The notes under the pieces: generated by a model
What the model saw: the letters and a program-made list of their open reading frames with translations, nothing else
The model's database searches: none
What the model was told of the DNA's origin: nothing
DNA from: Octopus vulgaris
Lineage: Eukaryota
Direction: 5' to 3'
Assembly (NCBI GenBank): GCA_951406725.2
Contig: OX597841.1
Coordinates: 15,004,001-15,068,000 of the forward strand
Length of the DNA: 64,000 bases
Program-made: the position numbers and the translations under genes
Shown here: positions 26,209 to 40,261 of the stretch, in pieces
Layout: each line of letters begins with the position of its first letter
Numbering within the stretch: the first letter of the stretch is position 1

Positions 26209-26441
26209 ATGTGTGTGTGTTTATATGTCTGTGTTTGTTCCCCTAGCATTGCTTGACAACCGATGCTGGTGTGTTTACGTCCCCGTCACTTAGCGGTTCG
26301 GCAAAAAGAGACGAATAGAATAAGTACAGGGCTTACAAAAAGAATAAGTCCCGGGGTCGAGTTGCTCGACTAAAGGCGGTGCTCCAGCATGGCCGCAGTC
26401 AAATGACTGAAACAAGTAAAAGAGTAAAAGAGTAAAGAGTA
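26022..26441 (+). mobile_element. SINE family A
   Basis: Matches family consensus. Confidence 0.9.
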
Positions 26442-27026
26442 GACTTCATATTTGTTATTCGTAAGATGGACTCGCTTAATGGTAACAGACGTTCATAAAC
26501 CAACTTTAACTATTCCCCTTCACCACCAGCAACATGGAATCGTCCAACATCGACGCTATCAAAATGGCCGACGGCTAAATTATCGATATTTAAAACGTTG
26601 ACAGTTTTTTAATTAAAACAAAATTCAATTTAATGCTAAAGCTATTTATTAGCCAGCCAGACAGACAGATAGACAGACAAAGATATATATTTAGCAAAAC
26701 AATATGTAAATATATTGTTTTTACACAAATATATTGAAAAGAAAAATGATGAAATAATAAAATTAAATCCATTTATTAAAACGAGGCTATAAATTGTGAG
26801 ACGCGCGTTGACCGGATTAATTGCGCGAAAATTAACACAAAGCTTCTGAAAATTCCAGACTGCGTTTGTCGAAAATGAAAGTATGGACGTACATTCATAT
26901 ACACATACAAACACACACGCACGCACACATATACACAAATACACACACACACACACACACAAGCACGCACACACACATGCGCACACGTACATGCATGCAT
27001 ATATATATAACTACATAATACATATG

Positions 27027-27106
<80 letters not shown>

Positions 27107-27152
27107 GGAGTAAACACATAAATGTGAAACAAGGTGGAAAAACTAGCAAAAA

Positions 27153-27190
27153 CTGTCTGATGAACGGCAACGAGAAACTCAGAGTAACAG
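27153..27190 (+). ncRNA. Minimal HHR, canonical core, in rearranged H1 copy (27103-27239)
   Basis: Identical to 21502-21539. Confidence 0.75.
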
Positions 27191-27241
27191 ATTTTGTTGA
27201 TTTTTCTGCTGCTTAAAATAAAGCATATTACTCTACCACAA

Positions 27242-27521
<280 letters not shown>

Positions 27522-28203
27522 AGATAGATAGATAGATAGATAGATAGATATATTCGTACAGACTCCAGAGAAGTAGGTTGTTGATCTGCGTCGGCCATAT
27601 TTATATTACTTAGTAAAATAGGCAAAAATAGGACTTGCTGTAGAGAGTGACAATCGAACGTTTCGGAGAGTGCCTTTCTTCAATGTGAAGTTGACAGGAG
27701 AGAAATTATTTTCACTTTTGTCGACTTGGTCCGAAACGCTGAATTTTTCTCGACCCACTGTAGTTTCAGTGTACTCTTTATATGTATATGCATTTACAAA
27801 CATACATACGTACACACATATATAAATACATACATACATGCATACATACATATATAGATACAGACACATACATGCATACATGCATACATACGTAGATACA
27901 TGCATACATACATATTGTATACATATATATGTGCATACATACATGCATACATACATACATACATACATAAATACATACACACATACATGCATGCATATAT
28001 ACGTACATACATACATACATGCATACATACATACATACATAAATACATACATACACACATACATACAGGCATGCATATATACGTACATACATACATACAT
28101 ACATACATGCATACATACATACATACATGCATGCATACATACGTACATACACACACACATGCATACATACATACATACATACATACATACATACATACAT
28201 ACA

Positions 28204-28235
<32 letters not shown>

Positions 28236-28682
28236 GATCAAAGACAGAAAATGAATTTTTTTTTATTCAAACAAGATTCTTCCTACAATCATTTTACATA
28301 CACATTATTAAACCGCAATCCATGTCTCCATTGTCAAACGGAGTGAGATGACGAGAGGGTATGGCGAGGAACTTGTTTAAACAGTCATCTGAAGAAGTGC
28401 ATTCTGCACCTGAAGTGTAAAGTAATTGACTACATAACATCTCACTTATAAACTACAGGCTTAAAAATGTACCGACACAATTGTAGTGATTTTAAAATAA
28501 AGAATGTCATCAATTCCATTTTATGTCGTTTTTCTATTTATATAAATTCTACGGATTTAATGGAATTCCTCAGTAGCAGAAGCATTTAAACTGTATGATG
28601 ACATCAGGTAGCCAATAACTTGGGATAAGCTTTGCATAGCATTCAAACAGGTTTTTTTTACCCGAATCTCATTTCACACGCA

Positions 28683-28771
<89 letters not shown>

Positions 28772-28805
28772 ACCTCTGTACACATATCTATATCTCTTTA
28801 TATAT

Positions 28806-28926
28806 ACATGGTTCCGGGTCCAGTACCACCGCGTGGCACCTTGGGCAAGTGTCTTCTACTATAGCCTCGGGCCGACCAATGCCCTGTGAGTGGATTTGGT
28901 AGACAGAAACTGAAAGAAGCCCATCG

Positions 28927-28976
<50 letters not shown>

Positions 28977-29211
28977 GTATATATATATATGTGCGTGTAT
29001 GTGTAAGTGAATGTGTGTGTGTTTGTTTCCCACCATCGCTTGTGGGTGTGTTTACGTCCCCGTAACTTAGCGGTTCCCGGGCAAAAGACACCGATAGAAT
29101 AAGTACTAGGCTTACAAAGAATAAATCCAGGGGGCGATTTGTTCAACTAAAGGCAGTGCTTCAGCATGGCCGTAGTCAAATGACTGAAACAAGTAAAAAA
29201 GAAGAATAAGA

Positions 29212-29212
<1 letters not shown>
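28806..29212 (+). mobile_element. SINE family A
   Basis: Matches family consensus. Confidence 0.85.
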
Positions 29213-29302
<90 letters not shown>

Positions 29303-29307
29303 GTATA

Positions 29308-29340
<33 letters not shown>

Positions 29341-29381
29341 GTGTGTGTGTGTGTATATATATATATGTATATATATGTATA

Positions 29382-29465
<84 letters not shown>

Positions 29466-29518
29466 AAAGTGGGAGAGAGTGTTACCCACGACAGTGCATG
29501 AATATATTTAATGCAGCT

Positions 29519-30192
29519 AGGCGGTGAGCTGGCAGAAACGTTAGCACGCCAGGCGAAGTGCTTTGCAGTATTTCGTCTGTCTTTACGTTCCGAGTTCAAA
29601 TTCCGCCGAGGTCGACTTTGCCTTTTATCCTTTCGGGGTCAATTAAATAAGTGCCAGTTACGCACTGGGGTCGATATAATCGACTTAACTCCGTTTCTCT
29701 GTCCTTGTTTGTCCCTTCTGTGTTTAGCCCCTTGTGGGTAGTAAAGAAATAGGTATTTCGTCTGCCGCTACGTTCTGAGTTCAATTTCCGCCGAGGTCGA
29801 CTTTGCCTTTCATCCTTTCGGGGTCGATTAAATAAGTACTAGTTTCGCACTGGGGCGATATAATCGACTCAACTCGTTTGTCTGTTCTTGTTTGTCCTCT
29901 CTGTGTTTAGCCCCTTTGTGGGTAGTAAAGAAATAGGTATTTCGTCTGCCGCTACGTTCTGAGTTCAAATTCCGGCGAGGTCGACTTTGCCTTTCATCCT
30001 TTCGGAGTCGATTAAATAAGTACCAGTTACGCACTGGGGTCAATGTAATTGACTCAACTCGTTTGTCTGTCCTTGTTTGTCCTTTCTGTGTTTAGCCCCT
30101 TGTGGGTAGTAAAGAAATAGGTATTTCGCCTGTCGCTACGTTCTGTGTTCAAATTCCGCCGAGATCGACTTTGCATTTCATCCTTTCCGGGG
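29519..30192 (+). mobile_element. SINE family B concatemer (head-bearing unit, two 184-bp units, partial fourth)
   Basis: Junction AAAGAAATA|GGTATTTCG at 29751, 29935, 30119. Confidence 0.9.
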
Positions 30193-30589
30193 GACTGAAC
30201 CTGGAACCATGTGGCTGGCAAGCAATCTTCTTACCACACAGCCACTCCCACATTTTTTCTTTCTTTTTCCTGTTTCCTTGGTGAGGTAGAACTACCTTGT
30301 CTGTATTCATCGATAATTCGATTTCAGCGATTTTTTTCTTCCTTTTGCTTCCTGTCAAAAGATGTTTCTCTCTAAAAACACCAAATGTTAATCTTATAAA
30401 TTATAAATTTACGTCTCGGATTTTGATATTTGACATTATAAATGCTAAACTGCGACAAAAAAAAAAAATAACCAACAGGTGTTCATATCTTTTGCTAGAG
30501 ATAGCAGGCAATAGTCCTCGCATTACACCTTGGTCATATTACCACATCGCTCCGTGAAAAGCACAAGGGCGATTTTCTGGTATTTCCGG

Positions 30590-30775
30590 TGTATATATTC
30601 TCCACCTGGACAGGACGCTAGTCCCCCGCAGGGTTTCTCTTTTGGCCAGCTGAGTGAACTGGAGCAACGTGAAATGAAGTGTTTTGCTCAAGAACACAAC
30701 ACATCGCCCGGTGCAGGAATCGAAACCACAATCTTATAGTCATGAGTCCTACACTAAGCCATACGTCCCCGCGCA
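30590..30775 (-). mobile_element. tRNA-derived SINE sharing head and central block with family D
   Basis: GCCAGCTGAGTGAACTGGAGCAACGTGAAATGAAGTG..GGAATCGAA shared with 34225-34300. Confidence 0.7.
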
Positions 30776-31173
30776 TTACCGTGTATAAAGAACGAGGAAA
30801 GGGACACGTTGGGTTATACAAAATGCCTGAAAAATAATAGGTGGTTCATCAACTTTTAGACATTATATTATGTTAACTTACTGTAAATAAATAAATAAGT
30901 TAACATATTTTAATGTCTAAAAGTTGATGAATACCACCTTGATCCCCTCCATTTTCTTATTTCTCTATTAATTAAGGGTAAAATAACTTTTACCTTCACC
31001 CATTTAGCACACTCGGGAAGGTAATTGCAATGCAATAAAAAAACACTTGTGTATTAATAATTGGGTATTCTACCAACAGTATATTGGATAGATATTATCC
31101 CTTAGTTGGTTGGATTCACAACCTCTAACTTTCTAATGTTGTTACACATCGCTGGTCACAATGGAGCTTTAGG

Positions 31174-31288
31174 TGGAGCTTTAGGTGTTTTCGCTCAATA
31201 AACACTCACAACGCCCGGTCTGGGAATCGAAACCGCGATCCTATGACCGCGAGTCCGCTGCCCTAACCACTGGGCCATTGCGCCTCCA
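31174..31288 (-). mobile_element. SINE family C 5' part
   Basis: Reverse complement of 27341-27454. Confidence 0.85.
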
Positions 31289-32117
31289 CACCCATTTAGT
31301 ACACTCGGTAAGGTAATTGCAAAACCATAAAAAACAACTTGTGTATTAATAATTGTGTATTCTACCAGCAGTATACTGGATAGATATTATCCCTTAGTTG
31401 GTTGGATTCACAACCTCTAACTTTCTTGTGGTGCCCCAGCATGGCCGCGGCCTTCGGGCTAAAACGTTTTTAAGGATTTTAAGGATATATATATATATAT
31501 ATATTTATATATTGATAAAAATGGTAAGGCAACAAAAGAAAGAAAGAAACCTCGATATTATATGTATGTGTGTGATTGTGTGTAGGTATGTAAGTATATC
31601 TGTGTGTGCATGTGTGTATGTATGTATGTACGTATGTGTGCATGTTTTGTGTGTATATATGTATGTGTGTATGTATGTATATATGCGTGTATGTGTGTAT
31701 TTATATACGTATGTATGTATATACGTATATGTTTGTGTGTATGTATGTGTGTAGGTATGTATGTATATCTGTGTGTATGTATGTCTGTGTGTATATATGC
31801 ATGTATGTGTGTATGTGTGTATGTATGTAATGTATGTATGTATGTATGTATGTGTGTATGTATGTATGTATGTATGTATGTATGCATGTATGTATGTATG
31901 TATGTATGTGTGTATGTATGTATGTATGTATGTATGTATGTCTGTATGTGTGTATGTATGTATGTATGTATGTATGTATGTATGTATGTATGTATGTATG
32001 TATGGGTGTATGTGTGTATGTATGTATGTAGGTGTAAATGTATGCATGTATGTATGTGGGTGTACATACATATATATATATATTTGTGTGCGTATGTGTT
32101 GCGAGCGTGCGTATATA

Positions 32118-32175
<58 letters not shown>

Positions 32176-32604
32176 TGTGTGTGTGTGTATGTGTGTGTGT
32201 ATGTCCCGCTTGAATAGTGCACACTTCTATAACAATAGAAAAGGAACGGAGAGGAATCGGGAGAGGAGGAACAAGGTTTACTTTTGCGATTTTGAACTGG
32301 GTTTGATATCCTATGAAAGAAAGGTCACAGCGAAATACCAAAAGATTACAAGGGTGAGGAAAAGGGGATTAATTTGGGAACTTGCTTTTTAAGTGGGAAG
32401 AAACGGTACATTATCCGTAGACCTGTGTAATTTTTTTTACACTAATTAGAGCTTCGGGATGAGTCATCTGGGCGCGGCTGTTTGGTCGTGGATCATTTGG
32501 CGCGGCTGGGTGGAACGTTGAAACTGTTTTTGTGACTACTTTTTAATACTGAAAGCAAACATACGTACACACGCATATGCATGCACATATACATACATAC
32601 ATGC

Positions 32605-32655
<51 letters not shown>

Positions 32656-32674
32656 CATACATGCATACATATTT

Positions 32675-32734
<60 letters not shown>

Positions 32735-32754
32735 ATATAGCACACTATTGTATT

Positions 32755-32870
32755 TACTCTGATGAAGCTCCATGTTCTAAGTTCGAATATCCTACGAAGA
32801 TGAAGAACATTACTTTCGAAATTCTTTCGTAGACATTGACTGACATCGGAAGCGGAAACGGCCGTAAGAA
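32755..32870 (+). ncRNA. Candidate HHR with long stem II insertion (family H5)
   Basis: CTGATGA at 32759, ~89 nt closed by GCT-CC-ATGT / ACAT-C-GG-A-AGC, then GAA-ACGGCCGT-A-AG; stem I weak. Confidence 0.5.
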
Positions 32871-33762
32871 TTGTTATGTCACATAAATGTCAAGTTACGT
32901 CATGTTTTGTATTAGATAATAAGCTACAGATGCGGTCCAATTGGTTTGTTGATTTAAGGTTTTCACTATTTTCTAATTATATAAACATATATGTATGGGT
33001 GTATATATATATATATATTGGTAAAAACGGTAAGATAACAAAAGAAAGAAGGAGACCTCAATATTATGTAAATAGAGGAAATTTATCTATACAATAATAT
33101 GTGACAATTACTATTGTGAATATGTATGAGTGGGCACTTTTAGATATGTGCGTGTGTGCGGGCATAAGAATGTGTATATATATATAGACGTTTTAACTTA
33201 GTATTTTTCCATTTTTTAGGGGCTTTTTTTGGGGGGGGGGGCATATGCATATTCAGTTTTTGTATATGCGTGTGTGTGTATGCGTATATAAACATGTGCG
33301 GGTATGTACATATATGAGTGCATAAGGGCATGTCCGTATATGAACGTGGTTTTTATGCTTTGTATACTTCCTTATGTTTTTTTCTGTTACCTTTAACCAT
33401 GGTTTTTCTTGTGCTTGTGCGTATATAGACGTATGTATGAACTTTTACGGTACGCGCGTGTGTGTGTGTCTATGAGTCTGTATATATATGCGTATATATT
33501 TGGCGAAAAATGCGAGTCAAGATGTGTACGTTTTCATAGTGACGTATAAGTACGCACGTGAGTCCCCGAGCGCACATGTGAGCGTATGACTAGCCATGTT
33601 TACGTGTTTACTATGAACTTTTAATCTTATTTTATATAAGTAGCAGACTTATAACACAGTAATTTCTCTTTATATATCGGTATTTTTTCATAGCGTTTTT
33701 CAGATGGCCAGATAACCGAAGAGATGGTGTTGTGGATTTCCACTTCGGCATCTGAAATTCAG

Positions 33763-33822
<60 letters not shown>

Positions 33823-34039
33823 CTTACAAACATAAATACATACATTCATACATAGATACATATATACAAGCATGCATACATGTATACTAACATACGCACA
33901 CCAACGCATGTGCGAACAGAAATATATAAGACGATGAGCTGGCAGAAACGTTAGCACGCCGGGCGAAATACTCACGTTCATGAATGCAATGTCTTAACAA
34001 CTAAGGCTTGTATTTCCCCATATACATAAATATATAACT

Positions 34040-34351
34040 GGTACTCCGTCGGTTACGACGATGAGTCTTGTAGTTGATCAGACAAACGGAGCAGCCTGCT
34101 CGTGAAATTAATGACTGAGTACTCCACAGACGTGTACCGCAAACGCAGTTCTCTGAGAATTCAGCGAGATATAGAAATGTGACAAGGCAGGCCCGTTGTG
34201 AATTACAGGTACAACTCATTTTTGCCAGCTGATTGGACTGGAGCAATGTGAGATAAAGTGTCTTGTTCAAGGACACAACGCGTCGCCGGGAATCGAACTC
34301 ACCTCCTTAAGATCCTCAACCGAATATCTTAACCACATGGCCACGCACCTT
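34040..34351 (-). mobile_element. SINE family D monomer
   Basis: tRNA-like head (GTTCGATTCC on minus) and 3' end GTAACCGACGGAGTACC shared with the 44.5-46.1 kb array. Confidence 0.8.
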
Positions 34352-34583
34352 CGACGGTAATCCACAATCAGGATGGTGGTGTTAATGGTGGGGACTTCTT
34401 AACCTCCCCACTGCTGGAACAAGTGGGTAGGATTTCGGATTTTGAATGGGGTGGGAGAAGGGCGAATTCCAAATAGAAAATTAAATTTTGGTGGAAAAGT
34501 AGAAAAACACACCCAAAGAAGGAAGACGCATTCGCCTGTGCATGTGTGTGTGTGTGTTTGTGTATATGTGTGTGTGTGTGTGC

Positions 34584-34615
<32 letters not shown>

Positions 34616-34733
34616 TTGTGTGTATGTGCGTGTATGTGTGTTTGTGTGCGTGTGTGTGTTTGTGTGTGTGTGTGTGTTTCTGTGTGTGTTTTTGTGTGTG
34701 TGTGTTTGTGTGTATGTGCGTGTGTGTGTTTGT

Positions 34734-34777
<44 letters not shown>

Positions 34778-35252
34778 GTGTGTGTGTTTGTTTGTGTGCG
34801 TGTGTGTGTGTGTTTGCGTGTGCGTGTGTGCGTGCGTGTGCGTGTGTGAGTGTGTGTGTGTGTCTTTCCACAACTCCCTTCCACACCTGGTGTTTGTGTG
34901 TCGTTCTCCACGTAGCTTAGCGGTTCGGCGATAAGGGGCTTAGAAACAATGAAAAAAATATAAGAAGTGTGATCGATATTTTCTGAGCAAATCTTTCAAG
35001 GGAGTGCCCCAGCATGGCCGCTGTTAAATTACTGAAACAAATAACATTAAAAAGAGACTAAAAAATCCGAAGCGAAAAGACAAGGAGCTCGCATTGACAA
35101 GGGAGATAACCTATTAAATCTTTCGTTAAATAAGGGAGGTAAGTGCGACCCGCTACTAAGTCAAGTTTTGGTTTAAGATATCTTTACGAATGTTTTATAC
35201 AGAAATTATTAGTTTTGGGACTGCATCTACATAAATAGGATACAATATTTTT

Positions 35253-35650
<398 letters not shown>

Positions 35651-35672
35651 TATATATATATATATATATCTT

Positions 35673-35815
35673 AAACCAAAACATTACACAAAGAAAATTG
35701 CATCAATGGAACGACTGAGCTACTGGAACAGGGTGAAAGAGCTACGACTCTATTCCCTGCAATGATGTATATGTATAGAAGATACTAGAAGGACTGGGAC
35801 CAAACTTTGCAATAA
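35673..35815 (+). pseudogene. CR1-group LINE RT C-terminal fragment
   Basis: KHYTKKIASMERLSYWNRVKELRLYSLQ then KILEGLGPNF, matches the LSY.ERL..L.L.SL..RR region. Confidence 0.7.
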
Positions 35816-35938
35816 AGAGCTATCTTTACTAAGTACCAGTGATACATTGGGGTCGATATAATTGACTCATTTCCTCCCCCAAAATGGCAGCCGTTGTAGC
35901 AAAATTCGAAGCCATTATTATTATCATTAGTATTAATT

Positions 35939-36045
35939 TTCTTCTTCTTCTTCTTCTTCTTCTTCTTCTTCTTCTTCTTCTTCTTCTTCTTCTTCTTCTT
36001 CTTCTTCTTCTTCTTCTTCTTCTTCTTCTTCTTCTTCTTCTTCTT

Positions 36046-36076
<31 letters not shown>

Positions 36077-36079
36077 TTC

Positions 36080-36141
<62 letters not shown>
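35939..36141. repeat. (CTT)n then (ATT)n
   Basis: Direct reading. Confidence 0.95.
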
Positions 36142-36503
36142 TTTAGGGCCGTGATCGACGAAATAAAAATAAAGTACCATTTAAATACTGAGGCCGTTGA
36201 TATCCACAAAACCCCTCCAATCTAGAATCGCCAGTATCATTTCCTGAATGAGAAACAGTGAATTTGTGCCCCAGCATGGCCGCAGCATTTTAGCTTGAAA
36301 CGCTTGAAAGAAAATAAATTTTTAACAATAATCAGGGGAGGTAATTTCGTATTCACTCGAATTACTTCCCTTTCATTCAGTTCGTAGCATTGCAATCGTA
36401 GAGACCATTTTTTAAAAAAATCTCTGGATCCCTTTCTTAATTATTCCATTCTAGTGGACCCTCCGTAGCCAGTTAATATTTAAAGACTAAATTTATATAT
36501 ACT

Positions 36504-36679
36504 AGGCGCAGGAGTGGCTGTGTGGTAAGTAGCTTGCTAACCAACCACATGGTTCCGGGTTCAGTCCCACTGCGTGGCGTCTTGGGCAAGTGTCCTCTGC
36601 TATAGCCCCGGGCCGACCAAAGCCTTGTGAGTGGATTTGGTAGACGGAAACTGAAAGAAGCCTGTCGTATATATATATG

Positions 36680-36710
<31 letters not shown>

Positions 36711-36913
36711 CTGTGTTTGTCCCCCTAGCATTGTTTGACAACCGATGCTGGTGTGTTTATGTCCCCGTCACTTAGCGGTTCGGCAAAGAGACCGATAGAA
36801 TAAGTACTGGGCTTACAAAAGAATAAGTCCCGGGGTCGAGTTGCTCGACTAAAGGCGGTGCTCCAGCATGGCCGCAGTCAAATGACTGAAACAAGTAAAA
36901 GAGTAAAAGAGTA
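36504..36913 (+). mobile_element. SINE family A, full length
   Basis: Head to tail match. Confidence 0.92.
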
Positions 36914-37144
36914 TACTTCTTTAAAAATTCCTATCTTATTTTTGACACATTAAACTTGTATAAGTTAATTCGTGTTTGGATTTGGTTTGCAAGATTCTTT
37001 ATGTGAGTTCGTGTCTTGAAGCATATTCTGTTGTGTCTGGGGAGAGTCATTCTCTTTTTGTGCCTTGTAATTTAACACACTCACCGGTAAAATTTCCACT
37101 TATTTATACACACACATACACATGTACGCTCATACATGTACGCT

Positions 37145-37182
<38 letters not shown>

Positions 37183-38215
37183 CACTCATACATGTACGCT
37201 CATACACACACACACACACACACACATGTACGCTCATACACACATACACACACATACAGGCATGTGCGTTCACGCAGATACAAACACGCACCGTCATACA
37301 TATATTATCAGAAACGCAATTACGCACACTGAAACACACGCACGCATGCATATAAAGGAACACACACACACACACACACACACACGCACGCACGCACGCA
37401 TGCAAGCATAAACATACACGAACAAACGCACACACTCTTATACACACACACACACGCTTTACCTACGCGCACACACTTGAGCACACACATACACATAGAA
37501 ACACATACACACACACATACACATGCACTCTTTCTCATACATACACGCATACACACACACACACATACACGCACACGAACGCACGCACACACGCACACGC
37601 ACGCACTAACACGTATATTTACGCACACTCGTACACACACACACTTAACTTACGCGCACGCACACATATACAGAGATACATGTACACATACACACATACA
37701 CATACATATGCACACACACGCATACACACACGCACACACACACACACACACACAAATGATTCAAGGGACGTAATCACGAAGCAATCTCTAATAAGTCATA
37801 TGTTACTTCCAAGCACTCACTAGTTATCTCCCTTTACACGGTACGCCAAGCATACTCACCAACGTCGATATAAACGTATAATATTGGCTGAGCAGAGCAG
37901 ACAGTCTCCTAATTAGCTCATACAATATATGATAATATAATAATATTTGATATCTGATACGACTACAATATTGGAAGGCATAAAAGGCACACCATTGAAT
38001 TTGACAAAACCTAATTTCAGCAGCGCATATCTACGAAAAGGGCTTCTTCGCATTAAACCTTCTGTGAGGCCCTAATATCGCATGGAGGAGAATAAAGTCC
38101 GTTTTACATGTAATCAAACATTGTATATATACAGCAGAGTGTAATTTGGTAGAGCTTGGCTGCTATTTCTACAACGTCTTGTTTCCATATAAAGGTCTTC
38201 ATTGTTGGATCATGC

Positions 38216-38299
<84 letters not shown>

Positions 38300-38316
38300 T
38301 TTCTCTTTTTTTCTCT

Positions 38317-38521
38317 CTTTTACTTGTTTCAGTTATTTGAGTGCGGCCATGCTGGAGCACCGCCTTTGGTCGAGCAGATCGATCCCGGAACTTATTCTTT
38401 GTAAGCCCAGTACTTATTCTATCGGTCTCTTTTGCCGAACCGCTAAGTGACGGGGACGTAAACACACCAGCATCGGTTGTCAAGCAATGCTAGGGGGACA
38501 AACACAGACACACAAACATAT

Positions 38522-38570
<49 letters not shown>

Positions 38571-38700
38571 TACGACATGCTTCTTTCAGTTTCCATCTAC
38601 CAAATCCACTCACAAGGCATGGTCGGCCCGGGGCTATAGCAGAAGATACTTGCCGAAGATGCCACGCAGTGGGACTGAACATGGAACCATGTGGTTGGTA
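38317..38700 (-). mobile_element. SINE family A
   Basis: Matches family consensus. Confidence 0.88.
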
Positions 38701-38711
38701 CACATATATAT

Positions 38712-38771
<60 letters not shown>

Positions 38772-39304
38772 ACAAACGTAAGAGAGTAGAGTGTGATCTG
38801 ATGAAGATTTGGCTGCTATTTCTACCATGTCTAGCAACCATGTAGAGGTCTCCCTCATTGGCTCATACATACATATATACATAGATAAGACAGCAGGGTG
38901 TGATTTGGGGGACGTTTGGTTGCTATGTCCAACACGTCAAGCTACTATATAGAGGTTCCCAACCACATGATTCCGGGTTCAGTCCCACTGTGTGGCACAT
39001 TGGGCAAGCGTCTTCTACTATAGCCTCAAGCCGACCAAAGCCTTGTGAGTGCATTTGGCAGACGGAAACTGAAAGAAGCCCATCGTATATATGCATGTGT
39101 GTGTGTGTGTGTTTGTGTGTCTGTGTTTGTCCCAACACCATCGCTTGTCAACCGTTGTTGGTGTGTTTACGTCCTCGTAACTTAGCGGTTCGGCAGAAGA
39201 GACCGATATAAAACTACTAGTCCTGGGGTCGATTCGTTCGACTAAAGGCGGTGCTTCAGCATGGCCGCAGTCAAATGGCTGAAACCAGTAAAAGAATAGA
39301 AATA

Positions 39305-39396
<92 letters not shown>

Positions 39397-39580
39397 AGGC
39401 GCAGAAGTTGCTGTGTGGTAAGCTACTTGCATCCTAACTACATGTTTCCGAGTTCAGTCCCTCTGCGTGGCTCCTTAGGCAAGTGTCTTCTATAGCCTTG
39501 GGCCGACCGAGGCCTTGTGAGTGGATTTGGTAGATGGAAACTGAAAGAAGCCCGTCATATATATATATACACACACACAT

Positions 39581-39611
<31 letters not shown>

Positions 39612-39612
39612 C

Positions 39613-39657
<45 letters not shown>

Positions 39658-39912
39658 TATATGCATACACACACACACACACATATATATATATATGTAT
39701 ATGTGTATATGTGTATATGCGTATATGCCCCCCCCACCAACATCACTTGACAACCGATGCTGGTTTGTTTACGTCTCCGTAACCTAGCGGTTCGGCAAAA
39801 GAGACCGATAAAATAAGTGCTAGGCTTACAAAGAATAAGACTCAGGGTCGATTTGCTCGACCAAAGTCGGCGTTCCAACATAGCCACATTAAAATGACTA
39901 AAACAGGTAAAA

Positions 39913-39916
<4 letters not shown>
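39397..39916 (+). mobile_element. SINE family A with expanded internal microsatellite (another copy 38955-39300)
   Basis: Matches family consensus. Confidence 0.85.
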
Positions 39917-39944
<28 letters not shown>

Positions 39945-39949
<5 letters not shown>

Positions 39950-40074
39950 TCCGACGAAGAGCTCCGCTCAAAACGTCAAACCCTCCTTCTTCCCTTCTTT
40001 CCTGAGCGTTCTATAATACTTTATTTGTTCCACATCCTTGCGTTGTTGTCTTTTTGTTTTGTTGTTTGGATTAA

Positions 40075-40076
<2 letters not shown>
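39945..40076 (+). mobile_element. Family H2 element starting at its HHR (39947-39981, CCGACGA, G12->A)
   Basis: Similarity to 9270-9402; (TA)n both sides. Confidence 0.7.
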
Positions 40077-40157
<81 letters not shown>

Positions 40158-40215
40158 TGGCAGTATATTGGATATATATTATCCCATGGTGGGTTGAATT
40201 TTCAACCCCTATCTC

Positions 40216-40261
<46 letters not shown>

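Noticed and set aside
28383-28431. Additional HHR-like remnants (also ~6375-6412 minus, ~8070-8105, ~15450-15510, ~27655-27685 minus, ~33712-33767)
   Set aside because: Core boxes or stems too decayed to call individually; only suggestive of older copies
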